Assembly (NCBI GenBank): GCA_963666735.1
Contig: OY762926.1
Span: 1,600,001-1,664,000 of the forward strand
Direction of reading: 5' to 3'
From: Gemmatimonadota bacterium
GTDB taxonomy: Bacteria; Gemmatimonadota; Gemmatimonadetes; Palauibacterales; Palauibacteraceae
DNA length: 64,000 nucleotides
The number at the start of each line of letters is the position of its first letter. The stretch's first letter is position 1. Position numbers and translations under genes: made by a program. Under the pieces are notes generated by a model. It saw only the letters and a list, made by a program, of their open reading frames with translations, did not search any database and had not been told where the DNA came from. Shown here one piece after another: positions 28,507 to 38,927 of this stretch.

Positions 28507-30960
28507 CTAGCGGCGGTCTCCCGAAACCTCCTCCGAAACTTCCTCTTCTACCGCGGTCGCGGGCATGGCCCGCTTCATCCTGAAGGCATCGCCGTTCACG
28601 ACGCCCATGATCAGCGACGAAAGCCTGTAGTCGTCCTCCTCCGCATCCTCCACGATCGACCGGATCCAGGGCTGGTCGTAGTATTCGACGCGGCGGCCGA
28701 GCGCGTAGGCGGCCAGGTTCTCCGTAAAGTTCCGGAGCAACGGCAGCGGGCGCTCGAGGAGCGCGTCGACCAGTTCGGGCGGCGTCTGGACCGGCGTCCC
28801 GTCGTAGAAATCGCCGCGCGTGTCGAGCGGCATCCCGTTCTCGCGCAGGCGCCACTTCCCGGTCACGTCGAAGTTGTCCAGCGCGAGGCCGATCGGGTCC
28901 ATGAACCGGTGGCAGGATCGGCACGCCGGACTCGCCCGGTGCATCTCCATCCGCTCGCGCGTCGTGAGCAGCCGGCCGTCCAGCGACTCTTCCGTTTCGT
29001 CCAGATCCGGCACCCCCGGAGGGGGCGGCGGGGGCGGCGTGCCGAGCAGGACCTCCATCACCCACTTGCCCCGCAGCACCGGCGATGTGCGGTTGGCGAG
29101 CGACGTCAGAACGAGGACGCTGCCGTGGCCCAGAATCCCGACGCGCTCGTCGCCGGGATAGCTCACGCGCTGGAAGTCCCGCCCCGCCACGCTCTCGAAC
29201 CCGTAGTGATGGGCGAGGCGCTCGTTCACGAACGTGTAGTCGGCCCGGAAGAAGTCGAGCAGGCTCCGGTCCTCGCGGATGAGGCTCTGGAAGAGGAGTT
29301 CCGTCTCCCGCTTCATCGCGTCCGCGAGGTTCTCGTCGAAGTTCGGGAAGAAGTTGGGGTCGGGGCGGACCTTGTAGAGATCCTGCAGCCGCAGCCACTG
29401 CGACACGAAGCGCGAACTCAGCGCCTCGGAGCGGGGGTCGGCGAGCATGCGGCGCGCCTGCCGCTCCAGTTCGTCCGAATTCGAAAGCCGTCCCTCGACC
29501 GCGGCCGCCCGCAGTTCCTCGTCGGGCGGAAGGCCCCAGAGGAAGAACGAGAGCCGCGAGGCGAGGTCGATGTCTTCCAGGGCGTAGGCCTCTCCGCTCA
29601 TGACGCCGTCGGGCTCGCGCTCGAGCCGGAGGACGAAGAACGGGCTTGCGAGGACCGCCTCGAGGGCCATGCGCACACCGAGCTCGAAGCCGCCCTGCTC
29701 GACGCCCATGTCGTAGAAGGTCATCAGGCCGTCGACCTCGCTCGGTTCGAGCGGGCGGCGGTAGGCGCTGCGGGCAAGGTCGGTGAGGATGCCGCGGGCG
29801 CAGGGCCGCTCCTCTTCGAGCGACGTCGGACGGCAGGTGAAGATGCGCTGGCGGATCGGCGACTCGGACACGCCGGTCGGGTTGTGCGGCCCCCCGATGA
29901 TGACGTCCTGCAGGTGCGGCAGCGTCGTGATCCCGCCCCCGCCCGAACCGCCGCCGGCGTTGGACCACACGTGCGGCCGGATGAGATCCTCGTACGGCCC
30001 CTCCTGCCGCCGGACGAAGGCCGCGGAAACGCGGTGCTGTCCGGCGCGGACGAAGATCGGCTCCGTCCCGACCGGCGTGAAGCCGCGGTCATCCGCGCCG
30101 CCGCCGCGCCGCGTGTAGTGGAGGAGCGCGACCCGCTCGCCGTCGATCGAGACGTCGACATCCTCCATGCGGGAGTTCGCGCCGGAGGTGAACACGAGCG
30201 AGAAGGTGTACTCGCCATCGGCCGGGAACGTGTGCTCCACGACCATCCCGCCGCGCGTCCCGAACGGGGCTCCCTCCACGTGGTCCCACGGGTGCTGCGA
30301 CACGTACTGCGAGTTCTTGTACGTCGTGTTGACCGCCGGGGCGTTGCGGTCGCCCACCGCCATGCGGCTGATCTCGGCCGCCGCGTTCAGGTAGGCGTCG
30401 AGGAGCGTCGGCGAGAGCGCCTGCACGTCGGCGATATTGTCGAAGTTGGCGCTCATCTGGTCGTTGGGGAGCCACTTCCCCGCGTCGACCTCGAGCCCCA
30501 GCAGGTCGCGAACCGCCCGCTCGTACTCGGGCCGGTTGAGCCGCTGGAAGGTGCGGCCGCCGGGGTTCGGGTTCCGGGCCGCGGCGTCATCGACGATGGT
30601 CTCGAGCGTCTCGACGAGTTCGAGGAGTTCCTCCTCCGGCGGACGGCGCACGCCGGGCGGCGGCATCATGCCGGCGCGCAGCTTGCGGATCATCTTCTCG
30701 GCCGTCTCCGCCTGCGCGGCCGCGGCGTCCACATCGAACGATTCGAGGGTGAGGTTCCCCGCCAGGCGCCGGCTGTTGTGGCAGTTCGCGCAGACGCCCT
30801 GGACGATGTCGTTCGGCCCCGCGGGGACGCGCGCATGCAGAAAGTCGGCGACCGCGCCGACGCCGGGCTGGGCGGCAGCCCCGGCAACGTCCTGTGCGGG
30901 AAGGCTCGCGGGGACCGCGAGAGCCAGCGTCAGGGCCGCACCAACCGTGCGGATCGCCAT
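28507..30960 (-). CDS. DUF1592/DUF1588-family planctomycete-type cytochrome c protein
   Basis: CANCH and CRSCH heme motifs; 'RLNRPEY', 'LASRLSFFLW', 'TSPVLRGKWV', 'PPPPPP'. Confidence 0.88.
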   Translation of the reverse strand: MAIRTVGAALTLALAVPASLPAQDVAGAAAQPGVGAVADFLHARVPAGPNDIVQGVCANCHNSRRLAGNLTLESFDVDAAAAQAETAEKMIRKLRAGMMPPPGVRRPPEEELLELVETLETIVDDAAARNPNPGGRTFQRLNRPEYERAVRDLLGLEVDAGKWLPNDQMSANFDNIADVQALSPTLLDAYLNAAAEISRMAVGDRNAPAVNTTYKNSQYVSQHPWDHVEGAPFGTRGGMVVEHTFPADGEYTFSLVFTSGANSRMEDVDVSIDGERVALLHYTRRGGGADDRGFTPVGTEPIFVRAGQHRVSAAFVRRQEGPYEDLIRPHVWSNAGGGSGGGGITTLPHLQDVIIGGPHNPTGVSESPIRQRIFTCRPTSLEEERPCARGILTDLARSAYRRPLEPSEVDGLMTFYDMGVEQGGFELGVRMALEAVLASPFFVLRLEREPDGVMSGEAYALEDIDLASRLSFFLWGLPPDEELRAAAVEGRLSNSDELERQARRMLADPRSEALSSRFVSQWLRLQDLYKVRPDPNFFPNFDENLADAMKRETELLFQSLIREDRSLLDFFRADYTFVNERLAHHYGFESVAGRDFQRVSYPGDERVGILGHGSVLVLTSLANRTSPVLRGKWVMEVLLGTPPPPPPPGVPDLDETEESLDGRLLTTRERMEMHRASPACRSCHRFMDPIGLALDNFDVTGKWRLRENGMPLDTRGDFYDGTPVQTPPELVDALLERPLPLLRNFTENLAAYALGRRVEYYDQPWIRSIVEDAEEDDYRLSSLIMGVVNGDAFRMKRAMPATAVEEEVSEEVSGDRR

Positions 30961-31124
30961 CGCTTTGTACGCTTCGTGTCCGGGCATCGGGACCGCTTTT
31001 TCGGGCAGTTCGCTCTGGGCGAAACATCGGCGGAACTGTGGGCGAAACTGTCGGCGTAATAAAAATGCATCCGCATAACACGCTAAGCCCGAAACCCGCT
31101 GTGTGGCAAGCGGCGCGAGCCCGT

Positions 31125-32570
31125 TCAGCGGTCGCGCCAGCGCACCGATTCGGGGGTGATCTCGTCCACGGTTCGGGCGCCCAGAAGCGCCATCGTGCGC
31201 CGGAACCCCTCGTCGAACCACTTGAGGACGAGGTCCACGCCCCGCTCGCCGCCCGCGCCCAGCGCGTAGAAGTAGGCGCGGCCCGCCAGACAGGCCTTCG
31301 CCCCGAGCGCGACGGCCTTCGCGATGTCGCTTCCGCGGCGGACCCCGCCGTCGATGAGAACATCGAGCCGGTCCCCGACCGCCTCGGCGACAGGTTGCAG
31401 CAACTCGAGCGTCGGCGGCGCGTCGTCCAGTTGCCGCCCGCCGTGGTTCGAGATCACGATCCCCTCGACGCCCGCCTCCGCCGCGAGGACGGCGTCCTCC
31501 ACCGTCTGGATGCCCTTAATGACGATGGGGCCGTCCCAGATCGAGCGCAGCCAGTCCACATCATCCCAGGCCAGCTTCGGATCGAACTGCTCGTTCACGT
31601 ACCGCGCGAGGCCCATGGCGTCGACGCCCCCCGACCCGCCCGCCGCGTCCCGGCGGACGGCGCTCGAGAAGATGATCGGCTCGGAGGTGAGGAAGTCCCA
31701 TGTCCAGCCCGGTTTCCGGATCCCGTCGACGAGCGTGTCGAGCCCCAACCGGGGGGGGAGCGTGAAGCCGTAGCGGACGTCGCGCTCGCGCCGCCCGAGC
31801 ACCGCGACGTCGACGGTGAGGAGGAGCGCCTCGTAGCCGGACTCCCGGGCCCGCTCGACGAGTTCCGCGACCAGGCCGCGGTCCTTCCACACGTAGACCT
31901 GGAACCACCTGGGGCCGGAACTGACGGCGGCCACCTCCTCGATCGAGCGCGTGCCGAGCGTCGAGAGGCTGTAGGTGATCCCCGCGCGCGCCGCGGCCCG
32001 GGCCACGGCGAGTTCGCCCTCCGAATCCGCGATGCGGCTGAACCCGGTGGGGGCGAGGATGAGCGGCAGCGGCTGGCGCCTGCCGAGGACCGTCGCGCCG
32101 GGGTCCACATTCGTCACATCCCGCAGGACGCGGGGCCGGAACTCGATGCGGTGGAAGGCGTTGCAGTTCCGCGCCTGCGTGCGCTCATCCTCCGCCGCGC
32201 CGTCGATGTAGCCGAACACGCCGCGCGGGAGCCGACGCCGCGCGACGGCCCGCAGGTCCTCGACGCTCGCGCAGCGGCCGAGCCGGCGCGCGACGGGACT
32301 CAGTTCGAACTTCCTGAAGCGAACGGCGGAGCGGAGCGTCTTCAGCATCGAGCGTTCCGGCACGCCGAACACCAAGGCGACCAGCGCGCCGGCGATGAAG
32401 CCGAGGATCGCAAGCACCGGAGGCCAAATGTCGACGAGGGACGACATGGGGAGTCCCCCCGGCAGCGTGTCGGCGAGTATCTCGATCACCGCCCCGCTGA
32501 ACGCCCCCGCCAGGGCCCAGATGAAGGCCAGCCTCACGATTCCGCGCATGTGTCTACGCCGCTTCGTCAT
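31125..32570 (-). CDS. FMN-dependent alpha-hydroxy acid dehydrogenase (LldD-like) with in-frame N-terminal hydrophobic extension
   Basis: 'YIDGAAEDE', 'LAPTG', 'ISNHGGRQLD', 'DGGVRRGSD'; alternative ATG at 32348. Confidence 0.88.
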   Translation of the reverse strand: MTKRRRHMRGIVRLAFIWALAGAFSGAVIEILADTLPGGLPMSSLVDIWPPVLAILGFIAGALVALVFGVPERSMLKTLRSAVRFRKFELSPVARRLGRCASVEDLRAVARRRLPRGVFGYIDGAAEDERTQARNCNAFHRIEFRPRVLRDVTNVDPGATVLGRRQPLPLILAPTGFSRIADSEGELAVARAAARAGITYSLSTLGTRSIEEVAAVSSGPRWFQVYVWKDRGLVAELVERARESGYEALLLTVDVAVLGRRERDVRYGFTLPPRLGLDTLVDGIRKPGWTWDFLTSEPIIFSSAVRRDAAGGSGGVDAMGLARYVNEQFDPKLAWDDVDWLRSIWDGPIVIKGIQTVEDAVLAAEAGVEGIVISNHGGRQLDDAPPTLELLQPVAEAVGDRLDVLIDGGVRRGSDIAKAVALGAKACLAGRAYFYALGAGGERGVDLVLKWFDEGFRRTMALLGARTVDEITPESVRWRDR

Positions 32571-34030
32571 GTCTGCTCCCCCACACGGGCCTCGGCTTCG
32601 ATCTCGACCCGGTATCCTGACCCGATGAGACCCGCCTGGACCAGCGTGTTGGCGGGCCGGATGCCGCCGAAACGATGGCCGTGCGCGCGGGCTACCGGCT
32701 CCCAGTCCGCCGGTTCCGGCACGAAGATCCGGGTCCGGTACACGTCATCGAGGCGTCCGCCCAGCGATTCGATCGCACCCTCGATCTTGTCGATCACGAA
32801 GTGCGTCTGCGAGGCGGGATCGTCGCCGCCGACAAGGCGATCCCCGTGCGTGGCCGTCGTCCCGGAGACCGCGATGTGGTCGCCCGTCCGCACCGCCCGG
32901 CTGTAGCCGGCGAGATCCTCCCACACCGTGCCGGAGCCCGCTCGCGCCCGGCCGCCGGTCCCGGTCCGGACGGGATACGGCGACGGAAGTTCGTCCAGGT
33001 GATCGCTGAGATCGCCCGCCGCCGTCAGGTAGGGAGGCCGCCGGTACTCATCCCCGCAGTCTCCCGGAACGGGATCCAGCGCGCCGCTCGCCGCCGACAG
33101 CTTCTCCCGGTCTTCCGCATCGAGCTTCAGCGACGAAAGGCGCAGGTTGTCGGCGATGTGCCCGCTTCGCCCCAGCCGGGCGCCGATGATCACGCCCGCC
33201 ACCGCGGGCCGGTCGAGGATGGCGCGCGCCGCGACGTTCGCCATCGAGACGCCGTGCTTCGCCGCCACCGCCCGCATTGCCCCGAGGAGCGTCTGCAGCC
33301 GATCCCAGCCGCCCACCGCCTCAACGAAGCGGCGGTACTTCATCTCGGACCACGTTTCGACCCCTTCCGGCCCCGGGTCCGCGGCGCCGTGCCAGCGCTC
33401 GGTCAGGAGTCCGCCCGCCAGCGTCCCGTACGCGAGGAGTTGCACTCCGTGCCTCAGACAGACCTCCGTCATGGCGCCGGCCGCGCGCCCGTCGAGGACG
33501 GAGAAGGAAACCTGGTTCGAGACCACCTCGATCCCGCTGTTGAGCACCATGTCGAGATGGACGGCGTCGAAGTTCGTGAGTCCGAGGTGCCGGATCCGTC
33601 CTTCGTCCTTCAGTTCCTGGAGGGCGAACAGGCAGTCGAGCCAGCTCGGATCCGCGTAGCGCCAGGCGTGGAACTGGAGGAGGTCGATCGCGTCCGTCCG
33701 GAGCCGGTCCAGGGAGCGCCGGACGGCCGCCCGCACCGTGGCCGGCGTGTGCGCGCCCGGCGCGGGGGTCCACTTGGTGAGGAACTGGAGGTCTCCGTCT
33801 CGATGCGGGGACCGGGACGCGCACGCACCCGCGACTTCCTCGGCCGAACCGTAGTGGTCCGCCATGTCGAACGCCGTGAAGCCGGCCGCGGCATAAGCGT
33901 CCATCGCGGCGGCCGCCCGGTCGATGTCGATCGGGCCCTCGCGCTCCAGGTCGGCGATCTGCCACAACCCGGTCAACACGCGCGAGATCTCCAGGCCGGG
34001 AGCCAGTTCCCGGCGTTCCGGCCTACTCAG
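32567..34030 (-). CDS. Aldo/keto reductase fused to a C-terminal Rid (YjgF/RidA-fold) domain
   Basis: 'FDMADHYGSAE', 'IDLLQFH', 'LGLTNFD'; then 'GYSRAVRTGDHIAVSGTT', 'RVEIEAEA'; start uncertain (CTG 34030 or GTG 33979). Confidence 0.85.
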   Translation of the reverse strand: MSRPERRELAPGLEISRVLTGLWQIADLEREGPIDIDRAAAAMDAYAAAGFTAFDMADHYGSAEEVAGACASRSPHRDGDLQFLTKWTPAPGAHTPATVRAAVRRSLDRLRTDAIDLLQFHAWRYADPSWLDCLFALQELKDEGRIRHLGLTNFDAVHLDMVLNSGIEVVSNQVSFSVLDGRAAGAMTEVCLRHGVQLLAYGTLAGGLLTERWHGAADPGPEGVETWSEMKYRRFVEAVGGWDRLQTLLGAMRAVAAKHGVSMANVAARAILDRPAVAGVIIGARLGRSGHIADNLRLSSLKLDAEDREKLSAASGALDPVPGDCGDEYRRPPYLTAAGDLSDHLDELPSPYPVRTGTGGRARAGSGTVWEDLAGYSRAVRTGDHIAVSGTTATHGDRLVGGDDPASQTHFVIDKIEGAIESLGGRLDDVYRTRIFVPEPADWEPVARAHGHRFGGIRPANTLVQAGLIGSGYRVEIEAEARVGEQT

Positions 34031-35528
34031 GCGGCAGCTCGCGGAAGAGGCGGTCGATGTCCGCTCCGGAGGCCCGCAGCGTTCCCATCTTCCGGATGTA
34101 GATGAGCGATCCCAGCGTCATGACGCCGATCCAGAGCGGCGTGGAGCGGAAGTACCACGCCGCAACATCCGCCGTCAGGTCCTTCCAGGTGTGCGTCACG
34201 AGAAACGCTCCCAGGAGTACGATCCCCGCCACGCACACGCACGTTCGCGGAGCCGGGCCGCGGAGCACGCGGAAGTCTGCGGCGATCGCCGGGTTCCGCC
34301 GCGGGAGGACGAGCACGGAGAGGCACATGAGGATGAAGTTGACGAGCATCGACGTGACCATGATGTCGACGCCGAGGAAGAAGTCTCCCGCCCACTCGCT
34401 GCCGACGATCGCGACGGAGGCCAGCGCGGTCGACAGGAGGACGGCGGCCTGCGGCGTGCGCGACGCCGAGTGGACCCGGGCGAGGCCCGACGGAAAGATC
34501 CCGTCCTCGGCCCAGGCGAAGACAAGGCGCGAGACGGAGAGGATCATCGCGGGCAGGTCGTTGATGAGGGCGATCGCGGCCCCCGCCACGATGAGCACCG
34601 TCCACCACGACGGCAGCACGTAGCCGAGCAGCCCCGGGGCCGTCAGGTCCTGGTCCCGCGCCCGCGCCCACACGAACTCCCACGGGACCGTGTGATAGAC
34701 GGCGGCCGTGAAGAGGAGGTAGTAGGCGCCCACGATGAAGACGGCGAGGCCGATCGCCAGCGGGAGCGCGCGGTTTGGGTTCCGCGCCTCGCCGCCCGCC
34801 TGCGCGATCGCATCGAAGCCGACGAAGCTGGCGAAGAGGAGGCCGGCAGCGGCGAGAAAGCCGGCCGGGCCGAGCGGCGGAGGCGCGGCGGCCGGCACCT
34901 CCACGCCTTCCCTCGCGAGCAGCGCCGCCGCGAAGTCGGCCTGGTCGAACGAGAATCCGGCCACGATGACGATCGCGCCGAGGGCGAACATCACGACCAT
35001 GAGCGGCACGACGGTGCGTTCGTAAGCCTTGAGGCCGCGCAGGTTCACCCACGCGAAGGCCCACAGCATCGCGAGCGCCAGCCCCACCCGGACCGGGCCG
35101 GCGTCGAGCGCGCCGGCCACCCCCGCCATGCCGAGCGCACCCGCGATGTCGCGCAGGAACGGGACGACGAGGTAGGAGACGACGCCGATGACGATGGAGA
35201 GGCCGAACCACTGCGAGAAGCTCGCCACGAACCCCCAGTACGGACCGAGCGCCCGGCTCGCGAACACGTAGCTCCCGCCGGCCCGCGGCATGGCCGAGGC
35301 GAGGATCGCGTAGGCGAGGCCCGCGAGGACGGCCGGGAAGGCGCCGAACGCGAACGCCGGGAGCACGTTCTCCCCGATCGCGGGGACGCTGCGCTGGATC
35401 ATGACGGGAACGACGTTGATCCCGGCCCCCAGCATCGAGCAGATCCCCGTCGCCGCCAGCCCCCACAAGCCGAGCTGGCGCGCGAGCCCCGTTCCGCCGG
35501 CCCCCGGCGCCCCCGCGTCTCCGTCCAC
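34023..35528 (-). CDS. APC-family amino acid permease
   Basis: 'LARQLGLWGL...MLGAGIN', 'MPRAGGSYVF', 'FVGFDAIAQAGGEARNP'. Confidence 0.9.
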   Translation of the reverse strand: MDGDAGAPGAGGTGLARQLGLWGLAATGICSMLGAGINVVPVMIQRSVPAIGENVLPAFAFGAFPAVLAGLAYAILASAMPRAGGSYVFASRALGPYWGFVASFSQWFGLSIVIGVVSYLVVPFLRDIAGALGMAGVAGALDAGPVRVGLALAMLWAFAWVNLRGLKAYERTVVPLMVVMFALGAIVIVAGFSFDQADFAAALLAREGVEVPAAAPPPLGPAGFLAAAGLLFASFVGFDAIAQAGGEARNPNRALPLAIGLAVFIVGAYYLLFTAAVYHTVPWEFVWARARDQDLTAPGLLGYVLPSWWTVLIVAGAAIALINDLPAMILSVSRLVFAWAEDGIFPSGLARVHSASRTPQAAVLLSTALASVAIVGSEWAGDFFLGVDIMVTSMLVNFILMCLSVLVLPRRNPAIAADFRVLRGPAPRTCVCVAGIVLLGAFLVTHTWKDLTADVAAWYFRSTPLWIGVMTLGSLIYIRKMGTLRASGADIDRLFRELPPE

Positions 35529-35533
35529 CGTCG

Positions 35534-37939
35534 TCAGACTTCCTCCCCGGCGAGGAACATCCACGTCTCGACGGCGGTGTCGGGGTTGAGGGACATGCTC
35601 TCGATCCCCTCCTCCACGAGCCAGCGCGCGAGGTCGGGATGGTCGGACGGTCCCTGCCCGCAGATCCCGATGTACTTGCCCGCCTTCGCACAGGCGCGGA
35701 TCGCCATCGAGAGCGTCGCCTTCACCGCGGCGTCGCGCTCGTCGAACAGGTCGGCGACCAACCCGGAATCGCGGTCGAGGCCGAGGGTGAGCTGCGTCAT
35801 GTCGTTCGACCCGATCGACATCCCGTCGAAGTGCTCGAGGAACTCGTCGGCGAGGAGCGCGTTCGAGGGCAGCTCGCACATCATGATGAGCTGCAGGCCG
35901 TCCTCCCCCCGGGCGAGGCCGTTCTCCGCGAGGAGGTCGACGACGGCCCGGGCCTCGGCCACGGTGCGGACGAAGGGGACCATCACCCACACGTTGTCGA
36001 GCCCGATCCCCCGGCGAACCCGCCGCAGCGCGCGACATTCGAGTTCGAACGCGGGACCGAAGCTCTCCGACACGTAGCGGGACGCGCCGCGGAAGCCGAG
36101 CATCGGGTTCTCCTCGTAGGGTTCGTACCGCCGGCCCCCGATGAGGTCCGCGTATTCGTTCGACTTGAAGTCGGACAGGCGCACGATGACGGGCTCGGGG
36201 GCGAAGGCCGCGGCGATGGTGGAGATTCCCTCGGTGAGCTTCTCGACGTAGAACTCGACGGGACCGGCGTAGCCCGCGTGCTGGGTGCGGATTTCCTGCT
36301 GGAGTTCGGCAGGCAGGTCGTCGAAGTCGAGCAGGGCCTGCGGATGGACGCCGATCATGCGGTTGATGATGAACTCGAGCCTGGCGAGCCCCACCCCGTG
36401 GTTCGGGATCGAGGCGAAGTCGAACGCACGGTCCGGGTTCCCCACGTTGAGCATGATCTTGAGCGGGATCTCCGGCATCGCGCCGAGTCGAATCTCTCCC
36501 TCCTCGAAGTTGAGCATCCCCCGGTAGACGTACCCTGCGTCGCCCTCGGCGCAGGAAACCGTCACGTCCCCGGCATCGGCGAGTTGCACCGTGGCGTCGC
36601 CGCAGCCCACGACGGCGGGAATGCCGAGTTCCCGCGCGATGATCGCGGCGTGGCAGGTTCGGCCGCCGCGATTCGTGACGATGGCGGCGGACAGCTTCAT
36701 CATCGGTTCCCAGTCCGGGTCCGTCATGTCGGTGACCAGGACGTCGCCGCGCCGGAACCGTCCGACTTCGGAGGCGGACTCGATGACGCGCGCCGGGCCG
36801 CCCCCGATCCGGCCGCCGATGCTGCGCCCCTCGGCGAGCACCCGGCCCCGTTCCTTGAGCGTGAAGCGGGAGATCACGCCGCCCGAGCGGCTCTGCACGG
36901 TTTCCGGGCGCGCCTGCAGGATTCGCAGGCCGCCGTCGACGCCGTCCCGAGCCCACTCGATGTCCATGGGGCGCCCGTAGTGGCCCTCGATGAGGAGCGC
37001 CTGGCGGGCCAGTTCGTGCACCTCGTCGTCCGAGAGCGAGAATCGGTTCCGGTCCTCCTCGGACACATCGACGGTCTCGACCGGCGCGGCCGCGGGGTCC
37101 CGGCCCGCCGCGCTCTGGCTCGCGCCCCGGGCTCGGGCGTAGATGAGCTTGATCGCCTTGCCGCCCAGGTTTCGCCGGAGGATGGCGTGGCGGCCCGCGC
37201 GCAGGGCGGGCTTGTAGACGTAGAACTCGTCCGGGTTCACGCCCCCCTGCACGACCGTTTCGCCGAGACCGTAGGCGCTCGTGATGAACACGACGTCCCG
37301 GAATCCCGATTCGGTGTCCAGCGTGAACATCACCCCGCTCGAACCCTTGTCCGCGCGCACCATGCGCTGGATGCCGACCGAGAGGGCGACGTCGCGATGC
37401 GCGAACCCCTGGTGGACGCGGTAGGCGATCGCGCGGTCGGTGAACAGCGACCCGTAGACCTCGTGGACCGCGGCGAGGACCGCCTCCGCGCCGCGGACGT
37501 TGAGGAGCGTGTCCTGCTGTCCCGCGAAGGAGGCTTCCGGAAGATCCTCGGCCGTGGCGGAAGACCGCACCGCGACGGAAACTTCCCCGCCGGAGGCGCT
37601 GCCGCCCGCGCCCAGGTCGCGGTAGGCCGCCTCGGTCCGGGCGGCGAGTCCCGGCGGAAGCGGCGTGTCGGCGATCCAGCGCCGAATCTCGGAGCCCGCG
37701 TTGGCTAGCGCCCCCAGATCCTCGACATCCAGCGCGTCGAGCACGGTGTGGATGCGGTCTCCGAGGTCGCCCGAGAGGAAGTCGCGGTACGCCCGGGCCG
37801 TGATCGCAAAGCCGCCGGGGACCTCCACTCCGGCTGCGGAGAGATGGGAGATCATCTCGCCGAGCGATGCGTTTTTTCCCCCGACGGAATCGAGATCGGC
37901 GAGTCCGATCGACTCGAATGGCGCAATATACCCGGACAC
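35534..37939 (-). CDS. ppsA: Phosphoenolpyruvate synthase
   Basis: '[11 protein letters not shown]', '[18 protein letters not shown]', '[15 protein letters not shown]', 'SIGSNDMTQ'. Confidence 0.96.
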   Translation of the reverse strand: MSGYIAPFESIGLADLDSVGGKNASLGEMISHLSAAGVEVPGGFAITARAYRDFLSGDLGDRIHTVLDALDVEDLGALANAGSEIRRWIADTPLPPGLAARTEAAYRDLGAGGSASGGEVSVAVRSSATAEDLPEASFAGQQDTLLNVRGAEAVLAAVHEVYGSLFTDRAIAYRVHQGFAHRDVALSVGIQRMVRADKGSSGVMFTLDTESGFRDVVFITSAYGLGETVVQGGVNPDEFYVYKPALRAGRHAILRRNLGGKAIKLIYARARGASQSAAGRDPAAAPVETVDVSEEDRNRFSLSDDEVHELARQALLIEGHYGRPMDIEWARDGVDGGLRILQARPETVQSRSGGVISRFTLKERGRVLAEGRSIGGRIGGGPARVIESASEVGRFRRGDVLVTDMTDPDWEPMMKLSAAIVTNRGGRTCHAAIIARELGIPAVVGCGDATVQLADAGDVTVSCAEGDAGYVYRGMLNFEEGEIRLGAMPEIPLKIMLNVGNPDRAFDFASIPNHGVGLARLEFIINRMIGVHPQALLDFDDLPAELQQEIRTQHAGYAGPVEFYVEKLTEGISTIAAAFAPEPVIVRLSDFKSNEYADLIGGRRYEPYEENPMLGFRGASRYVSESFGPAFELECRALRRVRRGIGLDNVWVMVPFVRTVAEARAVVDLLAENGLARGEDGLQLIMMCELPSNALLADEFLEHFDGMSIGSNDMTQLTLGLDRDSGLVADLFDERDAAVKATLSMAIRACAKAGKYIGICGQGPSDHPDLARWLVEEGIESMSLNPDTAVETWMFLAGEEV

Positions 37940-38016
37940 GGCGACTCCCAACCCCGGCCTCCCGGCGACCCTGAACAGTTGTCTCAGGCGAACTGAAGCC
38001 GGAGAATCAGCGTACG

Positions 38017-38853
38017 ATGACCCAGCGAACGGTTTTCTTCGTCTCCGACCATTCGGGCGTCACGGCCGAGACGCTCGGCCAGAGCCTGATCGCGCAGTTC
38101 GACGCCCTCGACTTCACGAAAATCACCGTACCATTCGTCTCCACCGTCGACAAGGCGAAACGGACGGCGCGGAACATCAACGCCGCCGCGAGGGCGCAGG
38201 GGTCGCCGCCCATCGTCTTCAGCACGCTCGTGAAGGAGGACGTGCGGGCCGCCGTGCGGGAGATCGTGGGGCGGACGGACGCCCTCTTCCTCGACTTCTT
38301 CGACTCCTTCCTCGCCCCGCTCGAGAAGGAACTCGGGCAGAAGTCGCAGCACGCGATGGGCGTGTCGCACGGGATCCAGAACTACCGGGAATACGACCGC
38401 CGCATCGAGGCGATGAACTTCGCGCTGTCCCACGACGACGGTTCGAACCCGCAGGGATACGACCGGGCGGACCTCGTCCTGATCGGCGTGTCGAGATCGG
38501 GAAAGACCCCGACATGTCTGTACCTCGCCCTTCAGTACGGCGTGTTCGCGGCGAACTATCCTCTCACGGGAAGTGATCTGGAGGAGCGGCGCGTCCCGTC
38601 CGCCCTCTCCTCGCACCGTGACAAGATCTACGGGCTCACGATCGAGCCCCGGCGCCTGGGGGAGTTGCGAAGCGAGCGCGGGATCGGCCGCCGCTACGCC
38701 TCGCCCCGCCAGGTGAGCTTCGAAGTCCGTCAGGCGCAGTCGCTGTTCGGCCGCCTCGACATCCCCTTCATCGACGCGACGCGCTGCTCGATCGAGGAAC
38801 TGGCGAGCCGGATCCTCGACGCGACCCGCCTCGAGCGGCGCACGACATCGTGA
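38017..38853 (+). CDS. ppsR: PEP synthase regulatory protein (kinase/pyrophosphorylase)
   Basis: '[15 protein letters not shown]', '[17 protein letters not shown]'; divergent from ppsA. Confidence 0.93.
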   Translation: MTQRTVFFVSDHSGVTAETLGQSLIAQFDALDFTKITVPFVSTVDKAKRTARNINAAARAQGSPPIVFSTLVKEDVRAAVREIVGRTDALFLDFFDSFLAPLEKELGQKSQHAMGVSHGIQNYREYDRRIEAMNFALSHDDGSNPQGYDRADLVLIGVSRSGKTPTCLYLALQYGVFAANYPLTGSDLEERRVPSALSSHRDKIYGLTIEPRRLGELRSERGIGRRYASPRQVSFEVRQAQSLFGRLDIPFIDATRCSIEELASRILDATRLERRTTS

Positions 38854-38886
38854 AGGCATCGTGAAGACATCGTGAAGACATCGTGA
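38844..38886. repeat. 11-bp tandem repeat CATCGTGAAG(G/A), about 4 copies
   Basis: Units start at 38846, 38857, 38868, 38879. Confidence 0.9.
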
Positions 38887-38927
38887 CACGGTGAGACACC
38901 GCAACCGCCTGTTCAGGAGGTCCCGCC

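Noticed and set aside
24999..29968. Long N-terminal extensions of the ankyrin and DUF1552 ORFs
   Set aside because: Arg/Pro/Gly-rich off-frame overlap with upstream genes, typical of high GC
34023..36956. 977-aa ORF as a permease fusion
   Set aside because: Upstream part overlaps ppsA out of frame
38844..38886. CRISPR array
   Set aside because: Head-to-tail 11-bp units with no spacers
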